This document shows, piece by piece, positions 8,370 to 18,204 of a stretch of DNA of 24,190 nt. The notes under the pieces were generated by a model. It saw only the letters and a list, made by a program, of their open reading frames with translations, was not told where the DNA came from and ran no database searches. Position 1 is the stretch's first letter, and the number at the start of each line of letters is the position of its first letter. This DNA comes from a virus. Its lineage: Duplodnaviria > Caudoviricetes. The position numbers were made by a program, and so were the translations under genes. The stretch spans positions 1 to 24,190 of IMG/VR virus record IMGVR_UViG_3300025848_000181. The stretch is one strand, 5' to 3'.

Positions 8370-11300
8370 TGGCTACACGCGCTGAAATTAAGGCCAAGCA
8401 CGCAGCCGCTGTTGCGGCTGGAGACGTTGAGGCTGCTAAGGCTGCTGTAGCCGAGGCTGAGACCCTTTTGGCCCAAGAGCAGGCCGCAGAGCAGCAGGCC
8501 GTTGCTGCCTCTATTTCTCGCCAGCAACCCCCTGCGCCCGTTGCTGCCCAGCCTGTAATTGAAGGGTTGATGCCGGGCACTCCTGCGCCCGTATCGTCTA
8601 TTACCGGACTGACTGCCTCTCAGGCGCAGCGGCGTGGTGAGGCGGGGATGCAGGCCCTGCAACAAGGTGCTGTGGAGGCGGCGCAGCAAGGTGCCATTGG
8701 TGGGATTCGTTACGGCGTACCACTAGCCGTTGGATTTGCTACTGGTGGGGTAGGATTGGCTCCAGCATTGGCGATGGGCGGCACCATTCTTGCGACTGAA
8801 AATATTGCTCAGTTTCTAGAGAAGCTGACTGGCGAGCGTAAGGAAATGGAGCCTCTGAAGTCGGTAGCTGGTGCGGTGGCGGCTGGCGCTCCCATTCTGC
8901 GTTTTGCGGAGCCTGTGGCTGGAGCTAGCCCGCGTGTAGCTAGCTTCTTGCTCTCCACGGTGAGTGCTGGGTTGGGAAGCGAGGGCGCTCGCGCCATTGA
9001 GGCTGGAGAGATGTTCCCTGAGTCCAAGGGAACGGTGGATAACGTCCTGCGGTTCACCATTCCTCCGCTGGCTGGCGTTGCGGCGCGTATGGGCGCTGGT
9101 GCTGAGATTGCTTTGGGCCGCGCAAAGGAAATCTCGGCCACCCGAGGTGGGGCCAATCTCTTCAATCCTGATGGCACCATTGCCAATGTTGCCCTTGGAG
9201 AGGCTAACCCCGCTTTGTTCGGGATGGAGCAGAGGGCGCTTAAAAAGTACGTCCCTGCCGCCGTTGACCGCATCGTTAAGCTGGACGAAAACCTTCCTTC
9301 CGTAGCTAGCAGGCTTGTCGCGGAAGCCCCTGATGCCACGCCTGTGGCTGAGGAGCTGATGCGGAATATGAATCTGAACACGCTGCGTGATCAGTATGCG
9401 CAGGCGGAGCGTGTTGCCGCTGCGGCGAAAGAGGCTGCGGATCGCGCCCGATCCTCGTATTCTGCGGATGCTCGGAAGCTTATGGCTGACGCGGAAGTTG
9501 CCCTGCGGGCCTCTATGCGGGCCAAGGCGGCTTTCGATCAAGGCGTGAGCAAGGTCTTCGGTCCGAAACTCCCGTCTCTGTTCCAGACCGACAGCAACAC
9601 CATTGGTCAGGAAATCCAGAAGGTCGCTAAGGATTCGGTGGAGGCTGTTAAGTTGGCTCGCTCTGCGATGTACGACGCCACAGGCGTACAGATCAACGAT
9701 GCGGTTGTTGGCCTTGATGACGTACTAGCTTCCGCAAGTGCCGCTTCCAAGCCGGGCGGCTTGTTGGCTGGTGCCCGCGCCAATGAACGCTTCCTTGAGG
9801 CTATTTCCGATGCCTTTGGTCAGCGTCAGTCTCTGACCCGCGAGGAGTTTTTGGAGTTCAAGAACGCCTTTGCACGCAGGTTGGCTAATGGGTCTACTGA
9901 CCCCAAGGTGGTTAGTGCGGCTGAAAAGCTGGCCTCTGAGCAATATGGCGTCGTGAAGAACGCCGCTGAATCCTTCATTGAACGCACCTACGGACAGGAC
10001 ATTCTGAAGCAATGGAAGGCGGCGAACGGAGCCTACGCCCAGAGCGTTGACGCCCTTGGAAGCGATGTGGTTGACTTGCTGGCCAATGGTCGCTTCAAGG
10101 AGTTCTTCAATCAAGTCGTGACTGGGGGCAAGAACTCGCCTGCATGGAAGCAGTTGAACCAGTATTCGGACTTCCTTGGCGGCGTGAGCAAGGAGGCCAT
10201 TGCTACGGGACAGATCAAGAATCCCGCCGACTTGGCCGTAGCCGACAACTTCCGGCAACACGTTAATGCCGGGCTTCTCAAGGGGATGTTCGATGCTAGT
10301 CTGGTGGACGGTGCCCGCGAGGCATCTATGCTTTCTGGCGTAAAGGCTATTGATCCCGAGAAGTTCGTCCGCAATGTGGCTGCGTTGGAGAGTCGGGGAG
10401 GGTTCCCGATCAAGGAAGTCTTTGGCGCTGACACGCACGACTTCCGTCGCCTCGCCCGCTTCATCGACAAGAAGTTCGACGGTCGTGTGACGCAGCAAGA
10501 GCTGACGGATTGGCTGTCTATGTTGCCGAAGGACGGAGTGGACGTAGCCACCAAGGCGCTTGTCTATCGCAAGTCGGTAAAGGACGCCCTGCTGGATACG
10601 AACATTCCTCGGCGTATGGCTGCGCTTCGGAAGGCCGAAAACGAGGCTAGGACGGCGGGTCAGAACGTAGACCGCTTGCGGCAGGAGTATCAGACTGCGG
10701 CCAACGACCCGCTTGTTCGTTTCTTTGCGGACACCAACTTCAAGATCGATCCCAACGACTACGCCAATAACGCCAATCTGGCAGAGCGTATCGTTCAGGA
10801 GGTCGATCCGGTTGTGGTTAAGCGGTTCATTCAGGCGGCTGGTTCTGCTGGAAAGTCCGACTTGGTGTCCCAAATTGGGGACATTGCCGCAGCCAACGCC
10901 GTTCGGCGCTTCATCCCTCAAACCTACGAGAATGCTGATCGTCTTAGCCTTCGGGAGGTTGCCGACTTCTTCTACAATCCGGGCGACAAGATTCGTCGTC
11001 AGCGCGAAAACCTAGCTCAGTTGATCGGTAAGGATCGTTTTGACCTGATCAAGAAGCAGGTCGTGGAGCCGATTTCCGGCATCATTCAGTACCGCCAAGA
11101 AATTCAGGGCAGAACGGAGGATGTCTTTAACGACCTTCGTGCAATTTCTGCGGCATATGGTGGCGCGGCTGGCACCATTACGTCAGGTATGATTGCGGCT
11201 CAGGGCGCTCGTTCCGTGCTGAGTGCGGTGGATAACAAGATGTACAACGTCGCCACGCAGATTTACCTGAACCCCAAGTTCAGCCGCGACCTTCAGGCGG

Positions 11301-11407
11301 TCGGGTATGACCTAGTGCGGTTTGCACAGCTTAATCCCGTGTATGCCACGCAGGTTAATCTGGCGATGACCAAGGATCAGGCTACACAAGGTCAGCCCAC
11401 TCGCTAA
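8369..11407 (+). CDS. Large internal virion / DNA ejection protein 3
   Basis: 1012 aa, Ala-rich helical, with Gly-rich hydrophobic segments near the N-terminus; last gene of the + strand module. Confidence 0.7.
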   Translation: MATRAEIKAKHAAAVAAGDVEAAKAAVAEAETLLAQEQAAEQQAVAASISRQQPPAPVAAQPVIEGLMPGTPAPVSSITGLTASQAQRRGEAGMQALQQGAVEAAQQGAIGGIRYGVPLAVGFATGGVGLAPALAMGGTILATENIAQFLEKLTGERKEMEPLKSVAGAVAAGAPILRFAEPVAGASPRVASFLLSTVSAGLGSEGARAIEAGEMFPESKGTVDNVLRFTIPPLAGVAARMGAGAEIALGRAKEISATRGGANLFNPDGTIANVALGEANPALFGMEQRALKKYVPAAVDRIVKLDENLPSVASRLVAEAPDATPVAEELMRNMNLNTLRDQYAQAERVAAAAKEAADRARSSYSADARKLMADAEVALRASMRAKAAFDQGVSKVFGPKLPSLFQTDSNTIGQEIQKVAKDSVEAVKLARSAMYDATGVQINDAVVGLDDVLASASAASKPGGLLAGARANERFLEAISDAFGQRQSLTREEFLEFKNAFARRLANGSTDPKVVSAAEKLASEQYGVVKNAAESFIERTYGQDILKQWKAANGAYAQSVDALGSDVVDLLANGRFKEFFNQVVTGGKNSPAWKQLNQYSDFLGGVSKEAIATGQIKNPADLAVADNFRQHVNAGLLKGMFDASLVDGAREASMLSGVKAIDPEKFVRNVAALESRGGFPIKEVFGADTHDFRRLARFIDKKFDGRVTQQELTDWLSMLPKDGVDVATKALVYRKSVKDALLDTNIPRRMAALRKAENEARTAGQNVDRLRQEYQTAANDPLVRFFADTNFKIDPNDYANNANLAERIVQEVDPVVVKRFIQAAGSAGKSDLVSQIGDIAAANAVRRFIPQTYENADRLSLREVADFFYNPGDKIRRQRENLAQLIGKDRFDLIKKQVVEPISGIIQYRQEIQGRTEDVFNDLRAISAAYGGAAGTITSGMIAAQGARSVLSAVDNKMYNVATQIYLNPKFSRDLQAVGYDLVRFAQLNPVYATQVNLAMTKDQATQGQPTR

Positions 11408-11633
11408 TCCGTTCGTACCACCCCGGCTCCAACCAGAACCGTTGCCCGTCCGTAGGGCCGGACCATATCTCCCCTAGATAGGTAGGTTGGCCGGCGTCCG
11501 GGTGTGGAGCCGTACCCACAAGTGTGAACTTATGCCTGCTGATGGGCATTACGGTGAGACCTTCCTTAGTCTCCACCAGAACCCCTTCTACGTGGGCTTT
11601 GAACTGGTAGAGCGGCTCTAGTACGTCTGGCAC
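11382..11633 (-). CDS. Hypothetical protein
   Basis: 83 aa ORF filling the gap; converges on and overlaps the ejection gene by 26 nt. Confidence 0.5.
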   Translation of the reverse strand: MPDVLEPLYQFKAHVEGVLVETKEGLTVMPISRHKFTLVGTAPHPDAGQPTYLGEIWSGPTDGQRFWLEPGWYERISEWADLV

Positions 11634-11677
11634 GTCAAAACCCTTTAAAATCGATTCTAGGGCCCTCTGTGAGCGTT

Positions 11678-12535
11678 TTAGGCGGTGCCCCGGATGCGCA
11701 GTTCGATGTGATCCTCACCCCCCACCCTTACCCGGACGGGGGTGATCTCAAACTCAATCCACCCCAAGGAGGCGGGGGCACGCCCAGCATCCACGTTGTA
11801 GCTCACTTTCCCGGACTCGTAAGCTTTGAGGAAGGACCCGGTGCGACCACCCCAGATGGCGCGTTCCCGGATGACAGGCTCCTTCTTGGCTCCGCGTTTT
11901 AGCTGGAGGCGGGGGAATAGGGGCAGACAGCCCTTCCCGTGGGTGTGGCCCATCAGGTAGATGTCAGCCTCCGTCCACGGCACCATATCCTGAACCGACT
12001 TGAACTGCCCGCCAATGGTAGCTCCTCCTCCCCTGCCGTGATGGGCGAAGATGGTCAGCAGATGGCTGTGGTGCGTTCGCTTGCTCTTGAGGCTTATACC
12101 GACAATGGCAGACACCCCCAGAAACTTTGTGCCCAGAGCCGCCGCAAGTAGATGATCGGTAGTGTTGCCGTCACCAAGATCAAGATAGTGATTGCCGCCA
12201 AGAAGGCCAATGCAGCGCCCACGCATAAACTGCAACTCATTAGCAAGAGTCCGAGTAACGCCCTTATAAACATCTTTCAACGTGTTCTTGGTGGTGTCGT
12301 GTAGCGGGCCGAGAACCATCCGCTCCGAGGTGCTCATCCCGTCCGTGTAGTCGCCCATCCCGAGGAAGATGGCGTTCTTCTTGGATTTGGCGTAAGCCAA
12401 GAAATCCCGCCAATGCCCATCCGCGAACATATCGGAGTCGCGGTGAACATCCCCGAACGGAATGAGGGTGAAGGGCTTGTTCTCCTCGATCTCCAGATCG
12501 ACGAAGTGTCCGTAGAATTGGCCGCAGGTCTTCAT
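11678..12535 (-). CDS. Calcineurin-like metallophosphoesterase
   Basis: Ordered motifs GDVH, GDY, GNH, HHG, GHTH, plus TGSFL. Confidence 0.85.
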   Translation of the reverse strand: MKTCGQFYGHFVDLEIEENKPFTLIPFGDVHRDSDMFADGHWRDFLAYAKSKKNAIFLGMGDYTDGMSTSERMVLGPLHDTTKNTLKDVYKGVTRTLANELQFMRGRCIGLLGGNHYLDLGDGNTTDHLLAAALGTKFLGVSAIVGISLKSKRTHHSHLLTIFAHHGRGGGATIGGQFKSVQDMVPWTEADIYLMGHTHGKGCLPLFPRLQLKRGAKKEPVIRERAIWGGRTGSFLKAYESGKVSYNVDAGRAPASLGWIEFEITPVRVRVGGEDHIELRIRGTA

Positions 12536-12885
12536 TTCTTGTTAGCTTTCCTTATCTCACGTTGCTGTGCGGTGACCTGTGAGTGGCATTCCGTACATAG
12601 AAGACGGAACCCGGCGGCCTCGACAAAAAGCCGGGCGACGTACTCATCCCATCCTTGGAATCCGCGTACAGGGTCCACGACGGGGTTGATGTGATCAATA
12701 TGGGTTTCTGAATTGCCAACGACCTTTTTGCAGGCGGCGCAGACGTACTGATTTCGTCCAACTCGCGCAGCCTTGCGGCAAGTGTGCTTAGGCCCCCATC
12801 GCCCAGAAGCCCTACGCAATGCAGATGTAATGAAGCTACGGAATCTAGCTGGGGTCCATTGTCCATCGTTGTGGGGCTTCAACAT
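12532..12885 (-). CDS. HNH endonuclease-like protein
   Basis: CAAC...IDHINPVV...LLCTECH; N-terminal WTPARFRSFITSALRR; ATGA overlap. Confidence 0.8.
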   Translation of the reverse strand: MLKPHNDGQWTPARFRSFITSALRRASGRWGPKHTCRKAARVGRNQYVCAACKKVVGNSETHIDHINPVVDPVRGFQGWDEYVARLFVEAAGFRLLCTECHSQVTAQQREIRKANKK

Positions 12886-13340
12886 TTCATTAAAGAGACT
12901 GGCAGGTAGGCGTTGTCTCGCATTGCCGTTCCTCCATTGCAGGTGGCCTGCGTTGACGTTCGCTCCACCTTAACATCTACCGTCCACTCCCCCTGACTGT
13001 CGCATACCTTCCACCAGACCGTTTTGGTCTCTGGGATGAGGTAGACGAGTAGTAGGCCGGGACAGCGGAGTGACTTGGCTACTGACCTAAGCTTCTCTAG
13101 TTTGGCGAAAGTGACTAAGTAGGAGCCAAAGCCGGAAAGCTGCTGATGGGTGAGATTGCGGGTTTTCACCTCCGCAACCCCTACGATGGACGAGCGCCAA
13201 AGGATGGCGTCCACATCCGCATCCGAGGTGTCGGCGGTAGTGGCATAGCCCACCTTCTTAGCGGCACAGAACGATTGCAGACACAGATGCTGGTAGCTGA
13301 TGTACCGGCGACCATTCTCCGTGTTGCAATCGAGGCTCAT
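12879..13340 (-). CDS. PD-(D/E)XK-like nuclease
   Basis: DVDAIL...VAEVKTR catalytic-like spacing. Confidence 0.6.
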   Translation of the reverse strand: MSLDCNTENGRRYISYQHLCLQSFCAAKKVGYATTADTSDADVDAILWRSSIVGVAEVKTRNLTHQQLSGFGSYLVTFAKLEKLRSVAKSLRCPGLLLVYLIPETKTVWWKVCDSQGEWTVDVKVERTSTQATCNGGTAMRDNAYLPVSLMKC

Positions 13341-13594
13341 CCTATCGTCCTCCGAATGACCTCATTGCCCAGCCATAGGACGCAGGCGTGGATGTGCTTG
13401 CATCTATCTCTGTCTGTCTGGGGGTACTCAGCATTCTTCCCTTCCTTCAGGCGGGGCTGACATCTGGTTTCCCAGTCCCGGCAGGTGCATTGACCCCTCC
13501 CTTTGTGGAGGGAGAGGTCACATACATAGAACTCCTCTTCCTTCGACTCCGAAGTGACGTGGAAGAGAAGCTGGCCTCTGTGCTCAATCTTCAA
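13337..13594 (-). CDS. SWIM zinc-finger protein
   Basis: CTCRDW...RCKH (CxC...CxH). TTG 13594 preferred over ATG 13699 to avoid a long overlap. Confidence 0.7.
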   Translation of the reverse strand: MKIEHRGQLLFHVTSESKEEEFYVCDLSLHKGRGQCTCRDWETRCQPRLKEGKNAEYPQTDRDRCKHIHACVLWLGNEVIRRTIG

Positions 13595-13748
13595 GGACTG
13601 ACTCCGACCGGAGGCGTTCGCCTCTGGCCTGAACGAACTTGTGATAACGCTCCATCGCCCGGAATTGCTCAACAGGGTCTTCTTCGGACCCAATGGCATT
13701 GAGCAGGTCTTCCATCAGTCGCTCTTCAAGTGTTTCGAGCTTTCGCAT
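13584..13748 (-). CDS. Small hypothetical protein
   Basis: MRKLETLEERLMEDLLNAIGSEEDPVEQFRAMERY...; helical; tiles the operon. Confidence 0.5.
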   Translation of the reverse strand: MRKLETLEERLMEDLLNAIGSEEDPVEQFRAMERYHKFVQARGERLRSESVLED

Positions 13749-14008
13749 AGGTAGTTGTGTTGTGCCGCCCATTTGGGATTGGCGTGGATCAGGTTATGGC
13801 AGGGACGGCAGACCGCCATAAAGATGCGAGTGTCACAGAGCTTCCCCCCACGCCCGAGGGGAAGCTTGTGGTGAATGTCCTGTGCGTCCCGCTTTTGACA
13901 GCACTCACAGGACGGGTTGACTGACAAATACTCAGCCTTCAGCTCCCGGTAGAGCTTCAGGGCTTGCTGCCTTTTTCGGCTTACTTTTCGGAGAGGAGAA
14001 CGTCGCAA
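13715..14008 (-). CDS. Small HNH-family protein
   Basis: Basic N-terminus MRRSPLRKVS; CECC..DIHHKLPLGRGG...VCRPCHNLIH. Confidence 0.75.
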   Translation of the reverse strand: MRRSPLRKVSRKRQQALKLYRELKAEYLSVNPSCECCQKRDAQDIHHKLPLGRGGKLCDTRIFMAVCRPCHNLIHANPKWAAQHNYLCESSKHLKSD

Positions 14009-14141
14009 GCTTGTCGTGGAGTTTCCAGAGCTGTTGGGCAGTCTTGGGGTTGAATGATTGGCTCATCCCTGCGCGTACTGCTACGCACTTACGGATGTTC
14101 TGCCAATCTCCGATGCTAAGCCCGGCGGGGATCGTAGCCAT
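13932..14141 (-). CDS. Small hypothetical protein
   Basis: ATG 14141 (MATIPAGLSIGDWQNIRKCV...); tiles between the exonuclease and HNH genes. Confidence 0.45.
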   Translation of the reverse strand: MATIPAGLSIGDWQNIRKCVAVRAGMSQSFNPKTAQQLWKLHDKLATFSSPKSKPKKAASPEALPGAEG

Positions 14142-14898
14142 TCTTGTACCTCCAGATTTGGGCTGCGGAGCAGAACAGTTCAAACGCCTCGCGCATCTCA
14201 GCGGCTGAGTATTCAACCACCTCGATACGTCCGGGTTCCGTCGTGGAGATGTAGACGTTGTAGCCTACGGAGTTCTCCTTTATGGGTCCACCGTTGCACC
14301 AGTACGCGACGTGGTAGGCCGCGATCTGGGGGATGTGCCCGAATTTAGGGGTGATGGGCTCGCCGGGCTGCGTCTTGGTGGACTTGAAGTCCAAGATCCC
14401 GCACAGCGGACCCTTAGTCACCGCAAGGTCCGTGGTCCCGGCATAGCCGTACTCCTGTGAAACAACGGTCACCTCGGAGTCTGCGATGATCAGGTCCTCC
14501 GAATACACCTTTTCGATAGCGTCCATAGCCATTCCCAACTCAATGCCATCGTGAGGAACAGGCTGCCCTTTGAGATGTGCCTCGATGTTGGCGTGGATTC
14601 GGGTGCCAAGTTCGGCAGCGTCCGAAACCTCGTCTAATGCCTTGGAAAGGGCATTGGCGACGTATTCGTCCATCTGCTCATCTCCGATGGGAGGCGCGTT
14701 GAAGCAGTATTCCGCGACCTTGCCCATCTTCCAGCGATTCAGGGCCGGATTGTCGATGACCGACAGGATGCCGGTGATGGACGGAAGGAGCTTCTGCTCC
14801 TTCGCGTCCCGAATCGTGGTGGCCCGGAAGGGATTCTTGGCCCCTTTCTTGGTTGGCTGCGTGTGTGCAGCCGCGCCCTCCGTGGTGTACCAATGCAT
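14116..14898 (-). CDS. PD-(D/E)XK exonuclease (recombination partner of ERF)
   Basis: LPSITGIL, GTRIH, E..YAGTTDL..ILDFKS, QIAAY motifs. Confidence 0.8.
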   Translation of the reverse strand: MHWYTTEGAAAHTQPTKKGAKNPFRATTIRDAKEQKLLPSITGILSVIDNPALNRWKMGKVAEYCFNAPPIGDEQMDEYVANALSKALDEVSDAAELGTRIHANIEAHLKGQPVPHDGIELGMAMDAIEKVYSEDLIIADSEVTVVSQEYGYAGTTDLAVTKGPLCGILDFKSTKTQPGEPITPKFGHIPQIAAYHVAYWCNGGPIKENSVGYNVYISTTEPGRIEVVEYSAAEMREAFELFCSAAQIWRYKNGYDPRRA

Positions 14899-15113
14899 CA
14901 GAGTTCGTCCGAGGAGGACGGCTTATTGGTGCGGGGCTCGCTGATGGACAGCGACAGGAACTTCCCGCCAGACTTGCCCTCCTTGAGCCATCCGGCGAGG
15001 CGGTAGTCCTTGCCGTTCACGTTGAGCTTGCCGGTGTAGTCAGGCTTCTTGGAACCCTCTTCCTTCTCGGAATCGCGGAAAAGAACGCCCTTATTGGTAT
15101 TGTCGTAGGTCAT
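14898..15113 (-). CDS. DUF736-like small protein, putative ssDNA-binding
   Basis: GVLF...KKPDYTG...LAGW...KFLSLSI with acidic tail; lies between ERF and the exonuclease. Confidence 0.65.
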   Translation of the reverse strand: MTYDNTNKGVLFRDSEKEEGSKKPDYTGKLNVNGKDYRLAGWLKEGKSGGKFLSLSISEPRTNKPSSSDEL

Positions 15114-15137
15114 ATTATTGTTGGTTTAGGTTACGGA

Positions 15138-15584
15138 TCAGAAAGGATCGTCCTTCTGGACGGGCTTAGGAACGTAGTTCTTGATGACAGGGTTAGCGGG
15201 CCGAGCAGCCTCACCGTCGTCGTCTTCCTGCGTGATGCAGAGGAATGCGGCGAGGGCGTAGCGGCGGAGATAGGTCGTCGCGGAGCCGACTCCCTGCGGG
15301 TCAGCCTTGGGCAGCGGGGAGCTAGCCGTGTCCTCGATCCATTGCCCGGAGGTGTGCAGGAGGCGGGTGGTCAGATGCACCCGATCCCCGCCATCTCCGA
15401 GCGTCTGGAGGACTACGATTCCGGCTTTGTTGAGCGGTGCCTTGGTGGCCTCAATCACCGAGCCTAAGCTGGCGTATGAGTTTTTGAAGTGGGGATTCTT
15501 CGCGTCCTTAGACGCATTCTCCACCTCGCGCTGAGCAGCCAGAAGGGCTGCGCTAATCAGGTCAATTTTTTCCGACGTTTTCAT
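15138..15584 (-). CDS. erf: ERF family single-strand annealing protein
   Basis: KNPHFKNSYASL, LLHTSGQWI, QGVGSATTYLRRYAL, EDDDG signature. Confidence 0.9.
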   Translation of the reverse strand: MKTSEKIDLISAALLAAQREVENASKDAKNPHFKNSYASLGSVIEATKAPLNKAGIVVLQTLGDGGDRVHLTTRLLHTSGQWIEDTASSPLPKADPQGVGSATTYLRRYALAAFLCITQEDDDGEAARPANPVIKNYVPKPVQKDDPF

Positions 15585-15756
15585 CTGTGTTTAGCATTTC
15601 GTTGGTTTCCTGCATCCAAAGCATCGCCATCTCGGCAACTTCAGCCTGCTCTTGGCAGGTCGGTTCTTCAAAGCGGCTAAGAAAGCCGCTGATCACCATC
15701 GCAGCCTTAGCGAGCTGCGTCTCGTAGTCGTCTCGTGTGGGTATCATTTTTATCAT
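15562..15756 (-). CDS. Small hypothetical protein
   Basis: 64 aa ORF tiling the operon. Confidence 0.5.
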   Translation of the reverse strand: MIKMIPTRDDYETQLAKAAMVISGFLSRFEEPTCQEQAEVAEMAMLWMQETNEMLNTDENVGKN

Positions 15757-15886
15757 CTTTATCTCGCCTCTCTTGTGGTGGATTCTTCTGCGGGAGGGAA
15801 GCCTTTTCTTTGCCGAAAACCCTATCCCAGCCAGTACGAAAGGCTTCCGAGTGATTATTCCTTGGCGAATCTCCTTTGCCGTTCAT
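15707..15886 (-). CDS. Small hypothetical protein (59 aa; below the ORF-track cutoff)
   Basis: ATGA overlap with the dnaB stop; MNGKGDSPRNNHSEAFRTGWDRVFG... resembles a common small phage protein. Confidence 0.6.
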   Translation of the reverse strand: MNGKGDSPRNNHSEAFRTGWDRVFGKEKASLPQKNPPQERRDKDDKNDTHTRRLRDAAR

Positions 15887-17217
15887 CGTGCGAGTTGCTG
15901 GAACTTGGTAGTGGGACGGTTGAAGACCATTCGGATGGAGGCGCAGCCGTTGTCCCGGCCCTTGGCCTGCACAATCTCAACCTCTAGATTCTGAACGGTC
16001 TGGTCGTTGAGACTCTGTGTGCCGCCCTCGGAGTTCTCCGTGGGCAGATGGATGAAGATGACCCTATCTGCGTCCTGCTCGATGTTGCCCGATTCCCGGA
16101 GGTCTGAGAGGCGGGGAATGCGATTCTCGCGTTCCACTTCCCGACTCACCTGCGCCAGTAGGATCACGGGAATTCCCATCGAGACCGCGAGGTCCTTGAA
16201 CGCCAACGTCGTCTGTCCAATGGCAATGTCCCGCGTCTCTCCCTTCCCATGCGGGGGCACGTAGAGCTGGAGATAGTCGATGACCACAGCCTTGACCTGC
16301 ATAAACGCCTTGCAGGCTTCGATGCGGGCGGCGATCTGAGCGGGATTCCGGTCGCTGTCGAAGATGTGCAGCTTCTTCGACAGGTTTACCTCGATCTCCT
16401 TCAGGGCGTTCTCGAATGCCTTAATCTGGTGCTGGGAGGCTTGCCGGGATTCAATTGCTCGGACGGATACGCCGGACATCATTCCGGCCAAACCCTTGCA
16501 CACCTTCTTGACCGGCATCTCACGCGAAAAGAGCAACGTGTCGCCATAACGGGACGCGAAATGGCGGCAGATGTCGCGGGCCATCGAGGACTTTCCGACA
16601 CCCGGACGGGCAGCGATGACGATCAGTTCGCCACCAGTCGCGGCACCTAGTTCCTTGGTCATATCAGGCCAAGGCCAAGTCATCCCGGTTTGTTCAGCCT
16701 CACCGGACAAGAGCTTGGCGAGGTCTGCCATTACCTGTGAGGCAGCGTCTTTGAGCGACACTTGAGTAGCCGTCTGGTTTCTGATGGCTAGGACTTTGCT
16801 AATCTTGGCGACAAACTCATCGACCTGCGGCTTGCCCGCTAGGGCCATTTGCGTGGTCTCTGAGGCCACGACAGCCAGTTCCCGCGCCTGATACGCATCT
16901 CGCAGGGCATCTAGGCTATAAGCGAAAGCTAGGGGCGTAGGCGAGGCTCCTGAGATGTCAGCGAAGTTCTGCATCCCGCCCACCTTGCGGAGGTCAGGGT
17001 CGGACTTCTTGAGTTCCGCGCAGATGATGTGCGGCTCCAGTCCAATCCCCTTGATGTGAGCTTCGTTGACCTGTTTCCAGATCACCTTGGCAAACTGGTT
17101 GTAGAACCAAGCCTCTGTGACCTTGTAGTCCAAGGCTTTTAGGAGGGCCGAAGGACCCTCGTTCATTACGACCGAAAGGACAATCCTCTCAGCCTCTTCG
17201 TTATGTGGTAGTTTCAT
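15883..17217 (-). CDS. dnaB: DnaB-like replicative helicase
   Basis: LPHNEEAE N-terminus, Walker A AARPGVGKS, VIDYLQL, LAQVSR, LSDLRESGNIEQDAD, KGR finger. Confidence 0.95.
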   Translation of the reverse strand: MKLPHNEEAERIVLSVVMNEGPSALLKALDYKVTEAWFYNQFAKVIWKQVNEAHIKGIGLEPHIICAELKKSDPDLRKVGGMQNFADISGASPTPLAFAYSLDALRDAYQARELAVVASETTQMALAGKPQVDEFVAKISKVLAIRNQTATQVSLKDAASQVMADLAKLLSGEAEQTGMTWPWPDMTKELGAATGGELIVIAARPGVGKSSMARDICRHFASRYGDTLLFSREMPVKKVCKGLAGMMSGVSVRAIESRQASQHQIKAFENALKEIEVNLSKKLHIFDSDRNPAQIAARIEACKAFMQVKAVVIDYLQLYVPPHGKGETRDIAIGQTTLAFKDLAVSMGIPVILLAQVSREVERENRIPRLSDLRESGNIEQDADRVIFIHLPTENSEGGTQSLNDQTVQNLEVEIVQAKGRDNGCASIRMVFNRPTTKFQQLAR

Positions 17218-17476
17218 TTGTGATCTTTCTGCGGTTTAGGATGTGTTTAAACTCTTCGTTGGTCAGGTAGTGGCGCTGATAGCCCATCGTGGTGATGCGC
17301 TGGGCGATGTTCTTCGGGTCAACCTCCGGGAATGCGTCCTTCAGTTGCTTTAGGGTCATTCCTGCCCTCATTGCGTTCTCGAATCTAATCCGTAATGATA
17401 GCGTCGAGCCGGGCGATTTGTGCCACGCTGAGGTGTTGGAAGACTGCGGGGTCGCGGATGAAGGCTGTGAGGTCAT
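17201..17476 (-). CDS. Hypothetical protein (start uncertain)
   Basis: C-terminal half MTLKQLKDAFPEVDPKNIAQRITTMGY looks like a small helical domain; fills the gap before dnaB. Confidence 0.45.
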   Translation of the reverse strand: MTSQPSSATPQSSNTSAWHKSPGSTLSLRIRFENAMRAGMTLKQLKDAFPEVDPKNIAQRITTMGYQRHYLTNEEFKHILNRRKITNETTT

Positions 17477-17582
17477 TTATCTGTGTCTCTAGTTTGGCGG
17501 CGAACTCGGCTTTGACCTTGGCAGGTCGGCCGCATTGCAAAACATCAAGCTGGGCTCTTTGTGTTAATGGCGTTGAAGACAT
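17385..17582 (-). CDS. Small hypothetical protein, possible paralog of 18455-18802
   Basis: MSSTPLT...VKAEFAAKLETQINDL. Confidence 0.5.
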   Translation of the reverse strand: MSSTPLTQRAQLDVLQCGRPAKVKAEFAAKLETQINDLTAFIRDPAVFQHLSVAQIARLDAIITD

Positions 17583-18204
17583 TCGGGAATTGTTTGGAGA
17601 AGATTTCACGGATCAGGCAGGCTAGTTCGCGGTGCTCCTTCTGCGTGTGCTCCGCGCATCTCTGGTCGAAATAATGAATCCAGCTTCGGACGTTTCCTGT
17701 GACATACATCCGGGTGCGGGTGCAGAGAGGCAACACCATCCGAGCCGTCTCCTTGCTCACGCCCTCCGCAATCAGGCGCTTGTAGACGCCGAAGATGGTG
17801 CTCACCGCCTCCTGCGCCTCCCAGCCCAGATCAGGGTCCTCATGGATGTCTCCCGATGCCTGCCGGTTCTTCAGGTCTTGCCTGCGTAGCTCTATGGGCT
17901 CGAAATCGCCGCTGGCTGCATACCTTTGGGACCACTCTTGAAACGTGAAGCTGCGATGGCGCAGAAGCTGGGCAGCAATGGCCCGGCTGGTCTCCACCTC
18001 GACAGTCATCGAGGCAGTCTCAAAGACTGACCAATGCCCGTGCCGGATGCAGTAGGCGAGGAGGCGCGGAGCCGTCTCGGTGTTGAGCTGATTGCTGGGG
18101 TTGCTGACCCGAGCGCAGTAGGCGATGAGGTCGTCTGCCGTGAGGATTCCCTGCTGAATGAGATCAGCAGAGGGTTGGGTGATACTGACGAGTTTTGCGT
18201 TCAC
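17545..18204 (-). CDS. thyX: Flavin-dependent thymidylate synthase
   Basis: RHRSFTFQEWSQRY ThyX motif, GHWSVFE, ETARMVLP, HTQKEHR; GTG start at 18204 in a GTGA overlap. Confidence 0.95.
   Translation of the reverse strand: MNAKLVSITQPSADLIQQGILTADDLIAYCARVSNPSNQLNTETAPRLLAYCIRHGHWSVFETASMTVEVETSRAIAAQLLRHRSFTFQEWSQRYAASGDFEPIELRRQDLKNRQASGDIHEDPDLGWEAQEAVSTIFGVYKRLIAEGVSKETARMVLPLCTRTRMYVTGNVRSWIHYFDQRCAEHTQKEHRELACLIREIFSKQFPNVFNAINTKSPA

Noticed and set aside
8809-10921. Long minus-strand ORFs (190, 241, 398 and 147 aa)
   Set aside because: Antisense shadows of the 1012-aa gene, expected from codon bias.
14116-14898. Cas4 of a CRISPR system
   Set aside because: Lacks the four-Cys Fe-S pattern; its context next to ERF indicates a recombination exonuclease.
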